64,000 bases of DNA. Source: Bacillota bacterium. GTDB lineage: Bacteria; Bacillota; Clostridia; Lachnospirales; Lachnospiraceae. The stretch covers positions 94,883 through 158,882 of the forward strand of contig JAFAFU010000030.1 in the NCBI GenBank assembly GCA_023423335.1, given 5' to 3'. Below, piece by piece: positions 38,304-47,066 of the stretch. The position numbers and the translations under genes were made by a program. Positions within the stretch are counted from its first letter, which is position 1, and each line of letters opens with the position of its first letter. Under the pieces are notes generated by a model. It searched no databases. It had not been told where the DNA came from and saw only the letters and a program-made list of their open reading frames with translations.

Positions 38304-39827
38304 CTATTTGCCTCCTGTTGAATAATACATAATTTCCTCTTCTGAGGTTTCCGAGGTTACAAGCTCGGCCATAATGCATCCATCATACATTACGTAGGTC
38401 CTGTCAGTTATCGCTAAAATCTCCGCCGTTTCCGAAGTCACGTATAATACACATTTCCCCGACTGTGCTATATTTTGAATCAATTGAAAAATATCACGTT
38501 TCGCTCCAACATCCACGCCCTTGGTGGGCTCATCAAAAATATAAACCTCACAGTCGGCCGCCAGCCATTTTCCGACAGCGACTTTTTGCTGGTTCCCTCC
38601 GGATAAATACCGGACAAGCTGGTTCTCCGACGGCGTTTTAATTCCTAAGGAGTCAATATAATGCTTTGCATTTTTAATTTCAGACCTTTGATTGACAAAT
38701 CCGATTTTTGAACTGAACCTGGATAAGCAGGCGGCGGATAAATTAAAATAAACCGGTTCATCCACCAAAATTCCTTCTTTTCTCCGCTCCTCCGGCACAA
38801 GACCCAGCCTGGCATTCACAGCATCCGTCGGGCTTTTTATTTTTAGTTCCTTCCCGTTAAGCAGTACTTGCCCGCGGGCCTTTCTCATATCACCAAACAG
38901 CAATTTGCAAAGCTCTGTTTTACCGGCTCCCACCAGACCGCTGATTCCTACTATTTCACCCTTCCTGACATAAAGGGATACGTCCTTTACTATGTTCTGT
39001 ACGTCACTTATATTATTTACTTCCAAAGAACGCTCCCCCGCAGTCAGTGATACCTTGGGAAAATTCTCGTCAAAGCTTCTTCCAAGCATCTTATCCACAA
39101 TCATTTTAATCGTCAGCTCCGGTGTCACCGGCATATTCTCTACCAGCTTCCCATTTCTCATAACCGTGACAGACCGGCATAGCTCCATGACTTCCTGCAA
39201 TCGATGGGAAATAAACATTACCGCAATATTTCCCGTTTCCATCAGATTCTCAACAATGCGGAACAATTCCTGCGTCTCGGTAATACTTAAGGGCGCCGTC
39301 GGCTCATCCAGAATAAGAAAATTACATTTTTCCCTGACGGCCCTGGCCACCAGAACCATCTGCTTCTGTGCCAGAGATAAATCACCTACTAATTTATCAA
39401 CATCAATGTTTATATTCAGCTTTTTAAGAACATTCTTGGCCTCCGCACGCATCCTGCTCCAATTAATATAAAATCGCCGCTTCATGCCGCTTACCATTTT
39501 GTTCATCATGATATTTTCCGCCACCGTCTGAGCCGGAAATAACGCCATATCCACTTCCTGATAAACGATCTCAATTCCTAATTCTTTTGCCTTCTGAGGA
39601 TTTCTGATATCCACTTTCTCTCCGTTAAAATAAATCTCTCCCGTATATCCCGGATTTACGCCGGTCAGCACTTTCATAAGCGTTGATTTTCCCGCTCCGT
39701 TAGCGCCTACAACCGCTCGGATTTCACCGGTTTCAATTGAGAAATCAACACCGGACAATGCTTTGACGCCCGGAAATTCAATTGAAACATTTCTGACCTC
39801 CAGTTTGATTTTTTGTTCGGTCTGCAT
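38304..39827 (-). CDS. Sugar ABC transporter ATP-binding protein (RbsA-like)
   Basis: GANGAGKSTL, LDEPTA, LSGGNQQK and DEPTKGVDVGAK; start MQTEQ after GAGGAG. Confidence 0.92.
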   Translation of the reverse strand: MQTEQKIKLEVRNVSIEFPGVKALSGVDFSIETGEIRAVVGANGAGKSTLMKVLTGVNPGYTGEIYFNGEKVDIRNPQKAKELGIEIVYQEVDMALFPAQTVAENIMMNKMVSGMKRRFYINWSRMRAEAKNVLKKLNINIDVDKLVGDLSLAQKQMVLVARAVREKCNFLILDEPTAPLSITETQELFRIVENLMETGNIAVMFISHRLQEVMELCRSVTVMRNGKLVENMPVTPELTIKMIVDKMLGRSFDENFPKVSLTAGERSLEVNNISDVQNIVKDVSLYVRKGEIVGISGLVGAGKTELCKLLFGDMRKARGQVLLNGKELKIKSPTDAVNARLGLVPEERRKEGILVDEPVYFNLSAACLSRFSSKIGFVNQRSEIKNAKHYIDSLGIKTPSENQLVRYLSGGNQQKVAVGKWLAADCEVYIFDEPTKGVDVGAKRDIFQLIQNIAQSGKCVLYVTSETAEILAITDRTYVMYDGCIMAELVTSETSEEEIMYYSTGGK

Positions 39828-39859
39828 ATTACTCCTCATTTCTTGACTCAGCATTATTG

Positions 39860-39896
39860 CTAATATAGAGGAGGTTCAGGCACTCCTCTATATTAG
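39860..39896 (-). terminator. Intra-operon stem-loop after the binding-protein gene
   Basis: CTAATATAGAGGAG/CTCCTCTATATTAG 14-bp arms. Confidence 0.55.
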
Positions 39897-39926
39897 TATT
39901 TTAATACATTGAAACTCTAATCATAA

Positions 39927-41078
39927 CTATTGTAAATATGGCGCCATCCAATCTGAGATGTGATCATTGTTTACACCATAGCCTTCCACGGTTTCTTTTA
40001 AATTAAGAACATTGGAATTACTGTCCAGTAAATCTGCTAAAACAAGGGAAGGTACCAGATTATATACCTGTTCTGTCTCTTCTTCGTTCAATTTCATAGC
40101 CAAAATACGAATCCCTTGTTGGCCGATCGTCGCAAAATCAACTGTAGAGCAAGCCCGCCAAACGTTACTTCCATCCAGCATATAATTGATATCCTGATTG
40201 GAAATATCAACGGATACTACCGGAATGTCTGTTCTGTTCGCTTCCATTAATGCTACATATGCACCTCTGGTATAAGCATCATAACAGCCCCAAATTGCAT
40301 CTACGGTACCCACCGGATATTTAGGAAGAGTTGACGCTACCACCTGCGACATACTTGATTCAGCATTTGCCGGGTCCGTCGGCCCTAAAACCTCCAGTGT
40401 CTCTATCAATCCAGCCTCTTCATATTTAAGATAAGTTTCCTGTCTGCGGTCAAAAGGTGAAATTCCAGGTCCCCTCCAAATCTTTAGAACCTTTACCGGC
40501 TCTCCTGCGGCTACCTTTTCAGGATATATCGTGTTGCAGATATAATCCAGCAGCAGGTCCGCCATCTTCTGGTCATCCTGGAACATCTGCGTAACCCCGT
40601 CAATCGAAGTTTTTTCCCCGTTGCTGTCAAGCAGCTGTGTATCAAAGCATACCACCTTAATGCCCTTTCCCACGAGCATATTGACCAAATCATAAGCTGT
40701 CTCCTGATTACCGTGTGATAAAAACATTGCATCGTATCCTTGATTCGCACAGGTATTCACATAATCCTGAAACTTTACATTGTCCGTATCGGTGAAATAC
40801 ACGTCCACTGTCATTCCAAGTGCTTCGCCCGTTTGCTGGGCATTTGACACCGCAATCTGGAAAATGTCAGAAGAAGCTACGTTCAGTATGTAAGCAATTT
40901 TATAGCCCCGATCCACAAAATCCTTGCCGTCTCCTTCCTGCACATCTCCCCCGGTGTCCCCTGATGCAGGAGGTTTATTGTCCTTACCCTCTTCATTTTT
41001 GTTATTTGAAGTATTATTGCAAGCCCCCAATGAGATTACCATTGCCACAACAAATAACATTGCTAAAAATTTTTTCAT
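39927..41078 (-). CDS. Sugar ABC transporter substrate-binding lipoprotein
   Basis: Lipobox LGAC; class I binding-protein features (GIKVVCFD, DAIWGCYD). Confidence 0.88.
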   Translation of the reverse strand: MKKFLAMLFVVAMVISLGACNNTSNNKNEEGKDNKPPASGDTGGDVQEGDGKDFVDRGYKIAYILNVASSDIFQIAVSNAQQTGEALGMTVDVYFTDTDNVKFQDYVNTCANQGYDAMFLSHGNQETAYDLVNMLVGKGIKVVCFDTQLLDSNGEKTSIDGVTQMFQDDQKMADLLLDYICNTIYPEKVAAGEPVKVLKIWRGPGISPFDRRQETYLKYEEAGLIETLEVLGPTDPANAESSMSQVVASTLPKYPVGTVDAIWGCYDAYTRGAYVALMEANRTDIPVVSVDISNQDINYMLDGSNVWRACSTVDFATIGQQGIRILAMKLNEEETEQVYNLVPSLVLADLLDSNSNVLNLKETVEGYGVNNDHISDWMAPYLQ

Positions 41079-41372
41079 ATCATCTTACCTCCAACTAGAT
41101 ATTTGGTTTTTGCTACATTTGTAATATATCATGTTTTTGACTAATTCGCAATAGATTTTTGTGTTATTTTTGTATTATTTTATGTGTTTATGTCTTTTTA
41201 CTGAATTATATGTTCAATATTCAACACAAAAACCATATTAATTCCACACAAAATGGTCATCTTATATAAAACGAAAGCTCTCAGAATAAGAAGAGAACGG
41301 CCGTGCCGGACGCACGACCGTTCTCTTCTTAAGTACATAAGCAATTCGCTGGCTTGCCAATTATTCTATTTA

Positions 41373-42149
41373 TTATTCACATTCATATACTTTGACATGC
41401 TCTTCCCTGAAAAAATCGCACCATGTCTTATCAAGCTTTTTATCCGTAATTAAATATTTGATTTTACTAAAATCGCTGGTAGATATAAAGGCTGATTTCC
41501 CAAATTTTGTATGATCAACCAAAAGATATGTGGAAGTGGCACTGTTTATAATGTTTCGCCTCATATCTGCGACCTGCTCGTCCGAATCATTCAAACCCCT
41601 TTTCATATCAATATTTCTGCAGGATATAAAAGCTTTATCCAGGCAATGCCTCTGCAGATACTTAACTGCCTCCAGACCGAAAAAGCCCTGCTCACTCATT
41701 ACAAAATTACCGCCCGGTGTTATAAGCCGTATCGTTTCAATTCTCGACAAACGATTTATAACACTCAGTGAATTTGTTATAACTGTGAGTGGCATCTGTT
41801 CAATTTCATTACAAATTTCAAAAACGGTTGTAGAATGGTCTAAAAAGATACAATCATTCGGTTGAATGAATTTTGCCGCCTGCTTTGCGATCAGCTTTTT
41901 ATTATCCACCAGGATTCCGGCCTTCTCCTGCTGTGTGACAAAAGAATTCATCCTGTATTTCAAGGTGGCTCCCCCATAATTTTTAGTTATAAAGCCTTCA
42001 TCACTTAAAGCATTAAAATCCCTTCGTATTGTTTCAGTGCTTACCTTAAATTTCTTTGCCATATCAATAACGGTAACATTCTTTTGTTCTAAGAAAATCT
42101 TCTTCAGCTGTTCCTTCCGCTGCATGGACAACATAAACTTTTCCCCCAT
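41373..42149 (-). CDS. DeoR/GlpR family regulator
   Basis: VSTETIRRD...YGGA, IFLDHSTT and DHTKF. Confidence 0.92.
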   Translation of the reverse strand: MGEKFMLSMQRKEQLKKIFLEQKNVTVIDMAKKFKVSTETIRRDFNALSDEGFITKNYGGATLKYRMNSFVTQQEKAGILVDNKKLIAKQAAKFIQPNDCIFLDHSTTVFEICNEIEQMPLTVITNSLSVINRLSRIETIRLITPGGNFVMSEQGFFGLEAVKYLQRHCLDKAFISCRNIDMKRGLNDSDEQVADMRRNIINSATSTYLLVDHTKFGKSAFISTSDFSKIKYLITDKKLDKTWCDFFREEHVKVYECE

Positions 42150-42466
42150 CTTCTAATCATTTATTTTTAAAGCATACTGCCTGATATCAAACACAAGCCT
42201 AATTAAGAGAACGATTAAAACCAACATAAGATATAATCAAAACATTGTCAAATCAACAACATACAACACTATGGTGGTATGATATCATGTTTGGATTACA
42301 AAATCAAGGCATTCTTACATCAGGTATAACACTGTACTGAAGATGTATTTTTTCCGCAAATCAGCGGCATCAAAAGAGATCCGGCACAGAGCATAGCTTC
42401 ATACCGGATCTCTTGGTGTGAAATAATCATAACAGCCGTTTTTCGTGTCCTCATACCGTCGGAGTC

Positions 42467-43132
42467 TTACTTTTTATGGACAACTTCTCCGGCCTTTTTA
42501 TAAATGCTTCCCTCAGGTACATATCCTCTTACCATGGAAAGCGGATAAATATTCGAATTCCGGCCGATGACGGAGCCGGGATTAAGTACGCTGTTGCAGC
42601 CTACCTCTACATAATCCCCCAGGATAGCACCAAATTTCTTCAGCCCGGTCGGTATTCTCTTCTCTCCGGCGCAAACCTCCACCAGGGACTTATCGGATTT
42701 AACATTGGAGGTGATGGAACCGGCGCCCATATGTGCTTTATAGCCAAGGACGGAATCGCCCACATAGTTGTAATGGGGCACCTGAACCTTATTAAATAAG
42801 ATTACATTCTTAAGCTCCGTTGAGTTACCTACGACAGCCTCCTCACCGACAATGGCATTTCCCCGAATGAAGGCACAGTGGCGAACCTCCGCGCCCTTCC
42901 CGATAATAGCCGGGCCGTGAATCGCTGCAGTAGGTGCGACAGTTGCCGATTTCGCAATCCAGACATCCTCTCCGATTTTATTATAATCTTCACTATCAAG
43001 ACCGGCGCCGATTTTGTGGATTGCATCCTTGATCCTGCTTAGCGCCTCCCAGGGATAAGTGCACCCCTCAAAAATATCTTTTGCAATTGTTTCCCTCAAA
43101 TCCAATATTGCCGCGATAGATAGCTGTTCCAT
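42467..43132 (-). CDS. Stand-alone hexapeptide-repeat acetyltransferase (GlmU acetyltransferase-like)
   Basis: VRHCAFIRG, GNSTELKN, PHYNYVGDS and GCNSVLNPG; no nucleotidyltransferase domain. Confidence 0.75.
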   Translation of the reverse strand: MEQLSIAAILDLRETIAKDIFEGCTYPWEALSRIKDAIHKIGAGLDSEDYNKIGEDVWIAKSATVAPTAAIHGPAIIGKGAEVRHCAFIRGNAIVGEEAVVGNSTELKNVILFNKVQVPHYNYVGDSVLGYKAHMGAGSITSNVKSDKSLVEVCAGEKRIPTGLKKFGAILGDYVEVGCNSVLNPGSVIGRNSNIYPLSMVRGYVPEGSIYKKAGEVVHKK

Positions 43133-43285
43133 CGAAAAAAGCCCCCTAATCATATGAATAACATATTTTTCAAGGATAATTATATTACAGCCCGGTGCAG
43201 ATTACCACTGTTTTATGGTGTCAGGCACCATGAACATCACTTTATGTCATTAGACCCCCCTGGGCATATTACAAACCGGCTTTCT

Positions 43286-44470
43286 TCAGTCCTTCGACAA
43301 TAACTTTTTATAGGTCAGTTCAATTCCTATTGCCCCGAGAGGTGCTGTTATGATAATCGACAGTACTGCCAAACTGAGTATTATATTACCGGCGGCTATT
43401 CCGGCGGCTAGAGGTAATGCGCCGACAGCCGCCTGAACCGTGGCTTTCGGAATATATGCAATGTTGCAGAACAGGATTTCCTTCCGGCTGATATTGGTCT
43501 TCATCAGGCTGATAAATACACCGATCGACCGGAATATCAATACTCCAAGGATGACTGCTATTGCCGCAAAACCTGCTTTATAGGCATAGCGGATGTCAAC
43601 GGCAGCCCCTACCAGCACAAACAGCATCAGCTCCGACGCTACCCAGATTTTTGAAAATTTGACAGAAATTCTTCTTGCCACAGTTTCTTTTAGTTTAAGT
43701 ATACTTCCTCCCAGGGCCATAACAGCCAGTAATCCGGAAAACGGAATCAGTTTTGATATGTCATCCTCAAATCCAACCAGCAAAAATGATACTCCTAAGA
43801 TAATCAATACCTTGACCGTATCACGAATATGAAGTATCTCAAATAAACGAACCAGAAGCACTCCTGTTAAGACACCTGCCGCAAGCCCGCTTACAATCGA
43901 TACGGGAATATGGACCAGGGTCATGACATTAAAGGTCCCGCCCTTGGCTACGCCGATAAATGCGGTAAAAAGGACGATGCAGTAGATATCATCCGCAGAT
44001 GCGCCTGCCATGATCAGCTGCGGAATGCTCTTCTTCCTGCCATAGCCGCTTTCCATAAGCGTCAGCATCTTCGGAACGATGACCGCCGGGCTTACGGCTC
44101 CAAGCATAGTACCGATAATAGCCGCCTCCACTATTGATACTCCCAGTAAGGGCGGGGCAAGAAGGATGGAGCCTATGATTTCCAAGGTTGCAGGAATGAA
44201 ACACATCAATATTGCCGGTCTGCCCACCCTCTTCAAATCTTCAATATTCAGGGATAACCCGGCCCGGGTTAATATGACAATAAGGGCAATTTCCCTTAAG
44301 TCAGCCGATATATCCAGGATACTGCGGTCAATCAGATTGAACACATAAGGTCCCAGAATAATACCTGCCAGCAGCATACCGATCAATCCCGGCAGATGCA
44401 ATTTCTGAAAGATTCCGCTTAGGGCAAAGCCCAGGAGTAAAATAAGCGCGAGACTCATTAACATAAACAT
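43286..44470 (-). CDS. Cation:proton antiporter
   Basis: IILGP, RAGL.L, AVSPAVIVP, ASADDI and KATVQAA; many TM segments. Confidence 0.85.
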   Translation of the reverse strand: MFMLMSLALILLLGFALSGIFQKLHLPGLIGMLLAGIILGPYVFNLIDRSILDISADLREIALIVILTRAGLSLNIEDLKRVGRPAILMCFIPATLEIIGSILLAPPLLGVSIVEAAIIGTMLGAVSPAVIVPKMLTLMESGYGRKKSIPQLIMAGASADDIYCIVLFTAFIGVAKGGTFNVMTLVHIPVSIVSGLAAGVLTGVLLVRLFEILHIRDTVKVLIILGVSFLLVGFEDDISKLIPFSGLLAVMALGGSILKLKETVARRISVKFSKIWVASELMLFVLVGAAVDIRYAYKAGFAAIAVILGVLIFRSIGVFISLMKTNISRKEILFCNIAYIPKATVQAAVGALPLAAGIAAGNIILSLAVLSIIITAPLGAIGIELTYKKLLSKD

Positions 44471-44526
44471 ACATTTCCTTTCTTTAAAAGACATAAAAAA
44501 AGATGAATCCTGCAATGAAACCATCA

Positions 44527-44584
44527 CAGAAGTCATCAGCATAAAATGCGTTTTAAGCTTTCGCTAAGGGAGAACCTCATTCCC
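44527..44584 (-). ncRNA. Fluoride riboswitch (crcB motif)
   Basis: Minus strand GGGAATGAGGTTCTCCC...AAAACGC...GCTGATGACTTCTG matches the crcB consensus; an overlapping terminator with a T7 run lies at about 44495-44537. Confidence 0.88.
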
Positions 44585-44866
44585 ATGTCTTTATAATAAA
44601 TAATTAATTTAAAAATGTCAACCCCTGCAAAAGATTTCATGTAAAAAAGTATTATGCTATGCATTCATCCATATACATATATTTTTTGTCATCTGTACTT
44701 AATATATAAATTGAGATATCATGCCATGCGGTTTATGATTTGAATAGGGCTGCGATATTTTCACAGCAATATACAGATAATTTCTTAAATTGGCATTTAA
44801 ATAGAGAGGTTTATTTTGTTATTGGTTGAGATAATTAAAGCGAACATCAGCATATCTGGATATAAA

Positions 44867-44898
44867 ATACAGAGAGTACATTTTTGTACTCTCTGTAT
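44867..44898 (-). terminator. Terminator after glmS
   Basis: ATACAGAGAGTACA/TGTACTCTCTGTAT. Confidence 0.75.
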
Positions 44899-44921
44899 AT
44901 ATTAAACTTGACTTATGCACT

Positions 44922-46751
44922 TTACTCCACCGTTACCGACTTCGCCAGGTTTCTCGGTTTATCCAGATCAATGCCCTTGCCCACAGCTACATAATAGGAC
45001 AACAGCTGGAGCGGGATGACTGCCAGTGAAGTGGCGAAATGCTGATCGGTTACAGGGATTTGAATCACCGTATCCAATACCTTGGCCGTTTCCTCATAGC
45101 CTTCATTGACAACTGCCAGTACCTTGGCGCCTCTGGACTGGACCTCCACGATATTGCTGACGGTCTTCTTATATAATTCCTCCTGGGTTAACAGTGCGGT
45201 TACCAGAGTTCCCTCTTCAATCAGGGCAATGGGACCGTGCTTTAATTCACCGGCAGGATATGCCTCGGAATGGATATAGGAGATTTCCTTCAGCTTCAGG
45301 GAGCCTTCCAGTGCGGTGGTATAATCAATGCCCCTTCCGATGAAGAAGCTGTCCTTGACTGCAACGAATTTGGAAGCAATATATTGAATCTGCTCCAGGT
45401 TCTTATCTAAAATCGTCTGAATCTGCTCCGGTAAAGCGATCAGCTTCTTTAACAGGGTCTGGAACTTCTCGGGGTATATGGTTCCACGGATCTTTCCAAA
45501 ATGCATCGCAAGAAGATAAAGGGCGGACAGCTGTGTGGAATATGCCTTCGTGGTGGCTACAGCGATTTCCGGGCCTGCCCAGGTATACATCACATTGTCT
45601 GCTTCCCTGGCAATCGAGCTTCCCACTACATTGATGATGCCCAGAACCTTACAGCCCTGACGTTTCGCTTCTCTGAGTGCGGCAAGAGAATCTGCCGTCT
45701 CACCGGACTGGCTGATGATGATGGTCAGATTATCCTCTGTGAGCAGCGGATTACGGTAACGAAATTCGGAAGCCAGATCCACTTCCACCGGAATTCTTGT
45801 GAGATCCTCTATCACATATTTTCCCGTCATTCCGGTATGATATGCGGAGCCGCAGGCAACAATGAAGATCTTCTTCAGCTTCCTGATCTCCTCATCACTC
45901 ATATGAAGCTCATCAATGACGATATCATTATTCCTGATTCTCGGATGGATGGTATCTCTCACAGCCTTCGGCTGTTCAAAGATCTCCTTCAGCATGAAGT
46001 GCTCATAACCGCCCTTCTCCGCTGCAGTGATATCCCATTCCACCGTCGACACTGCCTTATCAACCGGCTCCAGGTCGGAATTATAGAACTTCACAGCATC
46101 TCTGGTTAACTGAACGATCTCGCCATTCTCGATATAATATACATTTCTGGTATGCTTTAGGATTGCGGGAACGTCGGAAGCAATATAATTACCTTCCTTG
46201 GACACACCTACAATTAGCGGACTATCTTTTCTTACCGCATAGAATTCATCGGGGCGGTCATTAAAAATAATCCCCAAGGCATAAGAACCTTCCATCCTGG
46301 CCATCGCTTTGGTGATCGCAGTAAAAGCATCCCCCTCATAATAATGATCCAGCAGCTGGACAATTACCTCTGTATCGGTTTCGCTCTGGAATTGATAGCC
46401 CTTATCCAGCAAATACTTCTTAATCTTCAGGTAATTCTCAATAATCCCGTTATGTACAACCGCAATTGACTCGTTCGTATTGAAATGGGGATGGGAATTC
46501 ATATCGGAGGGTGCCCCATGGGTCGCCCATCTGGTATGGCCGATACCTACGGTTCCGGTCATGGTTTCACCGCCCTGGGTCAGGTCGCTTAAAACCTTCA
46601 ATCTTCCCTTACATTTTGATACATGTATTTTAGATCCGTCAGAAACAGCAAGACCGGCCGAATCATAGCCCCTGTATTCCAGTTTTGCCAATCCGTCCAG
46701 CAGAATGGGTGCTGCCTGTTTTTCCCCGATATAGCCGACTATTCCGCACAT
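44922..46751 (-). CDS. glmS: Glutamine--fructose-6-phosphate aminotransferase
   Basis: MCGIVG, LEYRGYDSAG, GHTRWATHG, SQSGETAD and PRNLAKSVTVE. Confidence 0.97.
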   Translation of the reverse strand: MCGIVGYIGEKQAAPILLDGLAKLEYRGYDSAGLAVSDGSKIHVSKCKGRLKVLSDLTQGGETMTGTVGIGHTRWATHGAPSDMNSHPHFNTNESIAVVHNGIIENYLKIKKYLLDKGYQFQSETDTEVIVQLLDHYYEGDAFTAITKAMARMEGSYALGIIFNDRPDEFYAVRKDSPLIVGVSKEGNYIASDVPAILKHTRNVYYIENGEIVQLTRDAVKFYNSDLEPVDKAVSTVEWDITAAEKGGYEHFMLKEIFEQPKAVRDTIHPRIRNNDIVIDELHMSDEEIRKLKKIFIVACGSAYHTGMTGKYVIEDLTRIPVEVDLASEFRYRNPLLTEDNLTIIISQSGETADSLAALREAKRQGCKVLGIINVVGSSIAREADNVMYTWAGPEIAVATTKAYSTQLSALYLLAMHFGKIRGTIYPEKFQTLLKKLIALPEQIQTILDKNLEQIQYIASKFVAVKDSFFIGRGIDYTTALEGSLKLKEISYIHSEAYPAGELKHGPIALIEEGTLVTALLTQEELYKKTVSNIVEVQSRGAKVLAVVNEGYEETAKVLDTVIQIPVTDQHFATSLAVIPLQLLSYYVAVGKGIDLDKPRNLAKSVTVE

Positions 46752-47066
46752 ATAACCTATCTCCTTCTTAATTATTTATTATACTTTCTATCGTATTCCT
46801 GATATTCCGGAAAATAATCTTGTCAAATAATATAAATCCTCGGCACTGCCGAAGCCAGCGAATATGCCTGCCCTTTGCCTTCGTTTGTATCTTCCGGGCA
46901 TAAATTGCAAAGAATGGCTGCTTCTGCTATTCTTCCAATGGCTTGCATGATTTTTGCGAGACTATTAATATCTTTTCCCGTTATAGTAACACATAATTAA
47001 TCCCTTGTCACTAATCCGGAATAATAAAATTATCAATATGCAATGGCAAATACTGCTACGCTTGTA

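Noticed and set aside
46752..47060. glmS ribozyme
   Set aside because: The conserved AGCGCC...GACGAGG core is not seen upstream of glmS.
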